Made by a program: the position numbers and the translations under genes. The notes under the pieces were generated by a model. That model saw only the letters and a list, made by a program, of their open reading frames with translations. It was not told the DNA's origin and did no database searches. DNA of 64,000 bases from a virus. The stretch lies in the IMG/VR virus record IMGVR_UViG_3300037472_000016, positions 31,216 through 95,215 of that record; one strand, written 5' to 3'. Shown one piece after another: positions 58,039-64,000 of the stretch. Each line of letters starts with the position of its first letter. The first letter of the stretch is position 1.

Positions 58039-58213
58039 TTCTTCCTTCTTTCTGGTCTACTGCTGATTCTGCTACGGCGATGACTCTATTGTATAGTACC
58101 GCCGAGGATATGTTTGCCACATAGACTCCAACGGCATCAAGGTCTAGTCCCAGATCGTTCACTGAGTCTAGAATCTTCATGGCCGCCTTCTCTTCCTTCG
58201 TTAGCCTTGCCAT
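58019..58213 (-). CDS. Hypothetical protein
   Basis: GGAG SD; coupled. Confidence 0.55.
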   Translation of the reverse strand: MARLTKEEKAAMKILDSVNDLGLDLDAVGVYVANISSAVLYNRVIAVAESAVDQKEGRNEYHPH

Positions 58214-58246
58214 GTTACTCCATCATATACGTTGGTGGCTGAGTTG

Positions 58247-58819
58247 TCAAGCCTTTGCGAGAACGTCTGCCAAAGAGATGAAGGCTTCGTCTGTGGGCAG
58301 GTTGTCCAAAGAAAATTCTGCAATCTTCTGGATGGGCAGGTAGCCGTAACCGTTGACGACCTCGCCACCATCCCAAAGACCATCAAGCACCGTTGCTTCT
58401 TTCAACAGTCCAGCGTATACGTGTAGCTCATGGTTGTCAAGGTCTACGATGTAGGCCCACTCACAAAACAAACCATCTTTGCCGAAGTCAAATGAGTCCA
58501 GGATGTATCCAGACTGAATGATCGCATCCAGGTCCCCCTGGCACCCACGTAGTGCAGAGTACCAATCCCTACCAGTGCTAACATCAGAAACTGAATAGTT
58601 AGCAATAGCAAGAGCTTGGCTCTTGGTGGGCACACCATTCTCTGGCACCACAACAAGGGCATCAACAAGGCTACCGAGGCTAAAGCCATAGCTGTCTTTG
58701 ATACCGCGAGCAAAGGCCAAGACGTTCATGCCCACACCCTCGGGGTAACCGTCATACTGGCCATAGCTAGCCTTGGTAATACCCTGGTGAGTAAAGCCGA
58801 CAAGGTGTCGAGTTCCCAT
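58247..58819 (-). CDS. Hypothetical phage protein
   Basis: MGTRH...YGQYDGYPEG.G...LFCEWAYIVDLD; AGGAG SD. Confidence 0.65.
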   Translation of the reverse strand: MGTRHLVGFTHQGITKASYGQYDGYPEGVGMNVLAFARGIKDSYGFSLGSLVDALVVVPENGVPTKSQALAIANYSVSDVSTGRDWYSALRGCQGDLDAIIQSGYILDSFDFGKDGLFCEWAYIVDLDNHELHVYAGLLKEATVLDGLWDGGEVVNGYGYLPIQKIAEFSLDNLPTDEAFISLADVLAKA

Positions 58820-58829
58820 TTTGTATCTC

Positions 58830-59120
58830 CTAGTTGTTGAGGGCTGTAAGCCAAGTGTACAGGCGAGCGGAGCGGTTGTCAATTAGCTGAGACAGAGGCT
58901 GTGCCTCGACCCAGGTGTCGTCCAGAACAAGTCCAAGACGAACAAGCATTGCTGACTCTTCACTGGTAAGTTGAAGAACGATAGGCTCAACAGATGTGTC
59001 CGTCTCGTAGTAACCACGGCCAGCGTCGTTTCTCATCGGGTACGCATCAAGTGTTACCCTGTCCTGGCCCTCATCGTTGTAAGCTCCCCAGTTAAAGATG
59101 TTCACATCGTAATTAGTCAT
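58830..59120 (-). CDS. Hypothetical protein
   Basis: GGGAG SD with TTGACT upstream. Confidence 0.5.
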   Translation of the reverse strand: MTNYDVNIFNWGAYNDEGQDRVTLDAYPMRNDAGRGYYETDTSVEPIVLQLTSEESAMLVRLGLVLDDTWVEAQPLSQLIDNRSARLYTWLTALNN

Positions 59121-59283
59121 GATACATACTCCCACACAACGTTAGAAAAGTCAACCCCACAGCACATGCAAAATAAATCGGTATCAAGATAAATAAGATG
59201 GTCAAGCTTGTCTGCATCTTCATGACCCATATACCACGCCTCAATAGCGTTGTTAAACTTTACGTTCCATTCTTGTCCACGCA

Positions 59284-59742
59284 TCATGCATCCTTAAGTA
59301 TAGAAACAATATCGCTGAATCGATCAAAGTCGCAAACGTTCCTACCAAAGTTAGCAAACCTAGTAGTGATTACGATATTGTCGCTGGAGTAGTCTCCATC
59401 AATCTTTATCTTGTCAATCGATGGAGCGAGAGGATGTTTTGGCATCCAGTCGGGATGATCTTTGTACAGCAGTTCAAGGTCTAACTCTACACCAAACCAG
59501 TAGCATTTGCCACCTTGGTTAAACCAGATTTCTTCTATCTCTTCGGGTGTAACAAGAATCTTAGCAGGCACCCAGGCCTTTTGCAAACCACCACTGGCAC
59601 CACCTACAGAGGAGCCTGTGCCTTCCATCCTTCGTCTATTGGTTGAAGAGTTAATGACTGTCCAGTTGCCCTCGGCATCTTGACGAACACCATTAGAGAG
59701 GATGGAAGACCACAGTTTCCTAAAGTAGTTTCTGTTAGACAC
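59284..59742 (-). CDS. HNH-like nuclease
   Basis: W.NQGGKCYW.G...PSIDKI....DY..DNIV.....AN. Confidence 0.6.
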   Translation of the reverse strand: MSNRNYFRKLWSSILSNGVRQDAEGNWTVINSSTNRRRMEGTGSSVGGASGGLQKAWVPAKILVTPEEIEEIWFNQGGKCYWFGVELDLELLYKDHPDWMPKHPLAPSIDKIKIDGDYSSDNIVITTRFANFGRNVCDFDRFSDIVSILKDA

Positions 59743-59917
59743 TAACTTCTACGACTAACGGCAAGTCTTCATTTACGTTTTCTGCTAGGGTAGACCAGAA
59801 CTCCTCAATCGCAAAGGCTCTGAACTCTGCATCAGACATTGCACCAAAACTCAAGTCGTAGTCCTCGTCGTAAAAGTTAAAATTGAAAGACAGACCTACA
59901 GTCACACTGCGAGGCAT
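59735..59917 (-). CDS. Hypothetical protein
   Basis: AGGAG SD. Confidence 0.5.
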   Translation of the reverse strand: MPRSVTVGLSFNFNFYDEDYDLSFGAMSDAEFRAFAIEEFWSTLAENVNEDLPLVVEVSV

Positions 59918-59925
59918 AGCATCTC

Positions 59926-60144
59926 CTACTTTAGTTTGGACAACTTGTCTGGGTCATAGCCACTCCACGACCCAATACTTGACTCTACCACAGGTGCGGC
60001 ACGAAAGCCAAGTGCTACAATTTTTTCCAGGGCATCTGCATCAGTCTCAATATCAACAGTCTCATAAGCAATAGCGTGCATGTCAAGGTAACGCTTAGTA
60101 GCATCACACTGAACACAATTCTTTTTAGTATATACAATAGTCAT
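59926..60144 (-). CDS. nrdH: Glutaredoxin-like NrdH
   Basis: VYTK.NCVQC.ATKR...GFRAAPVV...WSGY.PDK. Confidence 0.92.
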   Translation of the reverse strand: MTIVYTKKNCVQCDATKRYLDMHAIAYETVDIETDADALEKIVALGFRAAPVVESSIGSWSGYDPDKLSKLK

Positions 60145-60161
60145 ATTACAAGTATAGCCTA

Positions 60162-60404
60162 TCAGTAGTCTCTGGCCATACGGATGTTAAATCGTTTATC
60201 GTCTGCATACCGTCGAGAATCCATCCAGGCAGTTTCCCCTTTGAAGTATTTTGCTTTTTGGCCAGGTACTGAGACCTTGTGAAAATCAGGAATATACCTA
60301 GTGTAAACATTATGGTAGATAGCGGCTTCTTCTTCAAGGACTCCTTCACCAGATGAGATAACATCCCATCGAGCAACATCTCCTACCTTGGGCACAGTGT
60401 ACAT
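60162..60404 (-). CDS. Hypothetical protein
   Basis: GGAG SD; KYFKGETAWMDSRRYA.D. Confidence 0.55.
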   Translation of the reverse strand: MYTVPKVGDVARWDVISSGEGVLEEEAAIYHNVYTRYIPDFHKVSVPGQKAKYFKGETAWMDSRRYADDKRFNIRMARDY

Positions 60405-60524
60405 TCTATCTCCATTCGTTGTGAGGTTTGAGTCTATCATTGCTGGAAAAAAAATACAAGCGCTCTTAATAGATGTTTCTAGTGTTTAGAAATAAATAAA
60501 GATATGCCCGGCCCGTAGGCCTCC

Positions 60525-60761
60525 CTACCAGCCCTTCGTCTGATGGAAGTGTGCAAACTCAAATCCAGCGGTTTCGCACATCGTGGCAAGCTCAAAAGAG
60601 TAGTCTACAGAATTAGGGTCAAGACTATCCAGGATAGTGTCTACCAAAACAGCAGCACCCTCTGGAGACTTGCCCTCGGGGATGATGAGGTAGATATCAT
60701 AAGCGGGGTCATGCTTGTCTGGAACAAGAATTACATTGTTCACAAAGCTTTTGAGTTTCAT
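60525..60761 (-). CDS. Hypothetical protein
   Basis: Coupled. Confidence 0.5.
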   Translation of the reverse strand: MKLKSFVNNVILVPDKHDPAYDIYLIIPEGKSPEGAAVLVDTILDSLDPNSVDYSFELATMCETAGFEFAHFHQTKGW

Positions 60762-60967
60762 TAGTCTCTTTCTATATCGGGGTTGACGACGAAGACCAGT
60801 TCCTCTTTGCTAAGAGAAAAGACCGCATTCCCCAGCAAACCGTCTTCTACAGCAAACACCAGTTTTAGTTCTGGTAGAGGGGTGACGTTATTGACACTAA
60901 CCTCAAGTGCCTTGTTGTATGAATCAAGCAGATCAGCAATGTCTCGTAGTTCGTCTGCTGTAATCAT
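60761..60967 (-). CDS. Hypothetical protein
   Basis: Coupled. Confidence 0.5.
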   Translation of the reverse strand: MITADELRDIADLLDSYNKALEVSVNNVTPLPELKLVFAVEDGLLGNAVFSLSKEELVFVVNPDIERD

Positions 60968-61140
60968 GCTCCCACCTTTACTTCCGTTACGATTGCTTCG
61001 TATACTTCTTGGTATACTTGGGTACCCTTGCGACGCAGGTCGCAGTTAGAGGCATATTCCAGAGCCTCGTCTTCGTCATCTGCTACTACATCAATAGCGT
61101 ACATGGTGTGAATCTCTACATCGATAGAGTATGTTGGCAT
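60964..61140 (-). CDS. Small hypothetical protein (58 aa, not in the ORF track)
   Basis: AAGGGA SD and TTGACA upstream; V.ADDEDEALEYA. Confidence 0.55.
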   Translation of the reverse strand: MPTYSIDVEIHTMYAIDVVADDEDEALEYASNCDLRRKGTQVYQEVYEAIVTEVKVGA

Positions 61141-61344
61141 CTTGTGTCCCTTCGTTGTTTCTATTATGCTACAGAATGACTGTGCTTGTCAATTTTCTGG
61201 GAAATAGGTTATCTATTCGTAACAATGTTTGTGAAAACATTTGGTGCCCGGCCCGTTTTGTGGGAATATAACCACCTGCTGCTGTGTGGCAATATCCCCA
61301 CAGGGGCATACTGGGCAGTTTAGTCTCATGCCAAGGAGGGAATG

Positions 61345-62358
61345 TTACACCAGGCCAAGCACTCCCTGAGTGACCGTGAGCAGACGGTTCTTCTCGGCAT
61401 TGATAGCCGCATCGAATCCGCTTGCAGAAATCAGCAGGTTGTCCTGGTTTCCACCACGAGCGGTACGGTACCAGTCAAGGCGCTCAGTCATAGCGTTGAG
61501 AACTCCCCAGCCAGTGCCGCTAATCATGTTGTTCGTGGGGCCAGCGTAAATGCTGTCGATGAGATCGACCTTGGTTTCCCACTTCTTGAGGCTACCCTTG
61601 GAATCAGTCTCAGGCATAGGGTACGCCGCCTGAATGATACGGGCATAGAGGTCAGACCGCACCTCCTGGGCAAACAGTTCCTTGGCCATAACGTCAAACT
61701 TGTCCATGTAGGCGTTGGTGATTCCCAAAGCCTCACGAGCCGCTTGCACCTTGCCGTTGGCAGTCTGCGTGTGGCGAATCTTGAAAGACTGCTTTGCCGC
61801 ATTGCGACCACGCCCACCCAGAGCGACATTGAGGGTATTGGCGCAGACGACACGAACGGGGGTCACGCTTGCCTGAATAGCAACGCTACCATCGTGTGAC
61901 GTATTTACCAGCAGGTACGTCTTCACAACGTCGCTCACGCCGAAAGGGTCAATCACAGACTCACGCTCAAGAGCGATAGAGCCGAAGACCTGACGGCCAC
62001 CCTTGATAGAGCCAGCGGTTTCCCATCGGCCTCCACCGTCAAGAATGGTATCCCCAAACGAGAACAATTCTTCATTCTGCACCACGTTGTAACGCTCGCC
62101 TACGACACCAAGAATGTCGTTTTCTGAACGCTCAAACGGGTTGGTGCGAGTCACAAAGTAGTGCGACTTGTCAGAGCGGAAGGTCTCAGGAATGTCAATT
62201 TCTTCCAGACGAACATTCCAGTTATCGAGGTGTGCAAGGCTGAGCATCTCCTGAGTAGAGACTTCTTGCTCGAACACCGTACCCAGGCCGTGCCATGCGG
62301 GTTCGCGCAGTGAGGCAAAGGAGACCTGTCCATCGTGCATTTCGAGTTCGTGAGCCAT
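61345..62358 (-). CDS. DUF932 / phage-plasmid-like protein
   Basis: PAWHGLG, LGVVG.RY.VVQN, ETAGS..GG..V, SHDGS, TPVRVVCANTL, GTGWG..NA.TE..D. Confidence 0.85.
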   Translation of the reverse strand: MAHELEMHDGQVSFASLREPAWHGLGTVFEQEVSTQEMLSLAHLDNWNVRLEEIDIPETFRSDKSHYFVTRTNPFERSENDILGVVGERYNVVQNEELFSFGDTILDGGGRWETAGSIKGGRQVFGSIALERESVIDPFGVSDVVKTYLLVNTSHDGSVAIQASVTPVRVVCANTLNVALGGRGRNAAKQSFKIRHTQTANGKVQAAREALGITNAYMDKFDVMAKELFAQEVRSDLYARIIQAAYPMPETDSKGSLKKWETKVDLIDSIYAGPTNNMISGTGWGVLNAMTERLDWYRTARGGNQDNLLISASGFDAAINAEKNRLLTVTQGVLGLV

Positions 62359-62551
62359 TAGGTTCACCTTTCTTTGGTTTGATAGCGGGGTTGCTATATA
62401 ACTAAGCATACATGAGAGGTGCGACATTGCCTAATCCTGGGAACATAATTTTCCCTTCGTAACCTATTTGTTATAAAGCAGCGCGGCCCGGCCAACTGTC
62501 GCAAAATATGCAACAGTTCGAGACAGTTTTCGGACTTGTCCAGGTCTTTTG

Positions 62552-62833
62552 TTACTTCTGCTCACTCATCACTTTTCGGACAATATCATCCAGTTCCTCA
62601 GACTCCTCTGCAATCTGGACTAGATGCTCTTCCCCAAGCAATTCACTGGCGGTAAAGGTAATAGCGGCAGTAGCAACAACAGCAGTATACACATAGAAGG
62701 CTTGAGACTTCTCATCAGGAGTGGCAAAGGGGTCTTCCATTACCTTCATGGTTTCAGATGCCGCAATCATGGTTTCTGCTGATGACATAACCCTTGAGGC
62801 TACCCCTTGCAATTCAGCCATTGTAGCACCCAT
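62552..62833 (-). CDS. Hypothetical protein
   Basis: Coupled. Confidence 0.5.
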   Translation of the reverse strand: MGATMAELQGVASRVMSSAETMIAASETMKVMEDPFATPDEKSQAFYVYTAVVATAAITFTASELLGEEHLVQIAEESEELDDIVRKVMSEQK

Positions 62834-63012
62834 TACTGGTTACCCTTGAGGATGTGAGCAATGTGATTCAAAGCAGTTTCATAGGCATCAATGACACCAT
62901 CGAAATACCCTCGGTCTTCTGAGTCTAGGCTGTTCTCATCTTTGCGAGAAGCATACTCCTCTTGCACCTTTGACAGTCGTTCTTCTAAAAAGGTCTCAAT
63001 GTTTTTTGTCAT
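62833..63012 (-). CDS. Small hypothetical protein (59 aa, not in the ORF track)
   Basis: MTKNIETFLEERL...RGYFDGVIDAY. Confidence 0.5.
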   Translation of the reverse strand: MTKNIETFLEERLSKVQEEYASRKDENSLDSEDRGYFDGVIDAYETALNHIAHILKGNQ

Positions 63013-63078
63013 GCTGTAATCCTATCTGTTTATGTGTTGCTGTGCAATTTTGCGAGGTAACGGATGTGTAACGAAAGA

Positions 63079-63468
63079 CTAAAGAATATTCTCGTCGTCT
63101 GCAAACTCAGACTCAGTGATAGACGACCTCAAGGAGTTACCCCAAGCAGTTCCTTGGTCTTGGTATAATTGAAAAAAGGAGAAGATAGACATTCCTGCCT
63201 CTGTAAACAAAAGGTCATGCTCTCTGAGAATATGCGTTGTATCTTGTATGGCGCTAGAGTCAATTCCCTCTTGGTCTAGGGAGTCTAGGGTTTCAATAGT
63301 CAATCCAGTAAGGAAGAGTGCCTGACCAATACCGCACGAGGGCTTTCCTTCATGCTGATATAAACATTTGCCCATAGGAGTTCTTCCGTAAACGAAATCT
63401 TCTCCACCAGCGGCGACTACCTGCTCAAGCAACTGCACTGCTAGTGTTCGATCAATAACGGTTGTCAT
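63079..63468 (-). CDS. Hypothetical phage protein
   Basis: GEDFVY...C.Y....PSCGIG.AL...Q..QD.G..WG; AGGAG SD. Confidence 0.6.
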   Translation of the reverse strand: MTTVIDRTLAVQLLEQVVAAGGEDFVYGRTPMGKCLYQHEGKPSCGIGQALFLTGLTIETLDSLDQEGIDSSAIQDTTHILREHDLLFTEAGMSIFSFFQLYQDQGTAWGNSLRSSITESEFADDENIL

Positions 63469-63477
63469 GTTGTTCTC

Positions 63478-63600
63478 CTAAAGAAAAACGGTAGGGTCAA
63501 GGTCACCAAAGTAATCTTCCATCTCTGAAAGACTCATGTCAGCAATGTCTTCATATACATCGCCACCTTCTTCAATACGGTCATAGATGTTGTCAAACAT
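63478..63600 (-). CDS. Small acidic protein
   Basis: AAGGAGG SD. Confidence 0.45.
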   Translation of the reverse strand: MFDNIYDRIEEGGDVYEDIADMSLSEMEDYFGDLDPTVFL

Positions 63601-63741
63601 TATTGCCTCCTTGGTTTGTTCTTTGAGTCTACATTCTGGGAAAGAAAGATACAAGTTCATAAGGTAACGTATTGGTAACGAGTGGCCGGGCCTCCTCCCC
63701 ACCAAAGCACAATGCAGTGATGGGGAAGGTGCGGCTACGGA

Positions 63742-63891
63742 CTATCGACCAACGATCTGAAACGAACTGGCGCTCAGAGCCTTTGTCTGGTTGGTTGCAC
63801 CCAAAAACTTACCATCAACGGTACGGACAACGGCTTTTGCAACGTTTCCGTTGACGGTGTTCCAGGTCTCGGTGCGAACAACGATCTGCAC
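63742..63891 (-). CDS. Small hypothetical protein (49 aa)
   Basis: GTG start; VVRTVDGKFLGATNQT. Confidence 0.45.
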   Translation of the reverse strand: MQIVVRTETWNTVNGNVAKAVVRTVDGKFLGATNQTKALSASSFQIVGR

Positions 63892-64000
63892 AATAATCTC
63901 TTTTCTTTTTGTTATGATTGGGGGGGGCAGTTTGGTATCATGCCCAGGATAAACACACTATCCCTTGACCGTAGTCCAGCGAGTCTCGCCATTTACATCA

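Larger units (their letters stand above)
57109..63691. repeat. Dispersed bipartite motif CTGG(G/A)-A-rich...TCNTAA (7 copies), usually with a GCCCGGCC box 48-74 bp away
   Basis: CTGG at 57109, 57309, 57370, 60443, 61197, 62437, 63636, each with TCNTAA 20-21 bp downstream. Confidence 0.8.

Noticed and set aside
61342-61899. 185-aa plus-strand ORF
   Set aside because: It is antisense to the well-supported DUF932 gene.

Overview
A 64 kb segment of a large tailed dsDNA phage of siphovirus type. The host is very probably an actinobacterium, inferred from WhiB, class Ib nrdIEF/nrdH, DnaE, an r1t-type holin, a tmRNA tag ending ALAA and many leaderless starts. Gene order on the + strand: end of the major tail gene, two paralogous tail chaperones, a 2518-aa tape measure, baseplate/tail-tip genes, a collagen/collar fibre and a GH5-Fn3 protein (1-20.7 kb). 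Replication and recombination genes follow (DnaB, primase, SSB, DnaE, RecA, resolvases, Cas4-like), then terminase and nrdIEF (20.7-38.7 kb). Next comes a tRNA-rich region with 15 canonical tRNAs, one atypical tRNA-Tyr, several non-canonical tRNA-like RNAs, holin, WhiB, ThyX, GlyA and tmRNA (38.9-50.1 kb). The remainder is mostly minus-strand small genes with glycosyltransferases, a ~1 kb AT-rich non-coding region and a repeated bipartite DNA motif (50-64 kb). Most notable observations: (i) a CCA-ending tRNA-Thr-like RNA with a 55-nt anticodon arm and a compensatory elbow change; (ii) an arm-permuted tRNA-like RNA; (iii) an apparently circularly permuted GH5; (iv) tail chaperones G and GT apparently made from duplicated genes instead of a frameshift; (v) a CTGGGAA-N-TCNTAA / GCCCGGCC repeat system; (vi) recurring compact pseudoknots. 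All calls were made by eye from motifs and base-pairing; no database searches were run.
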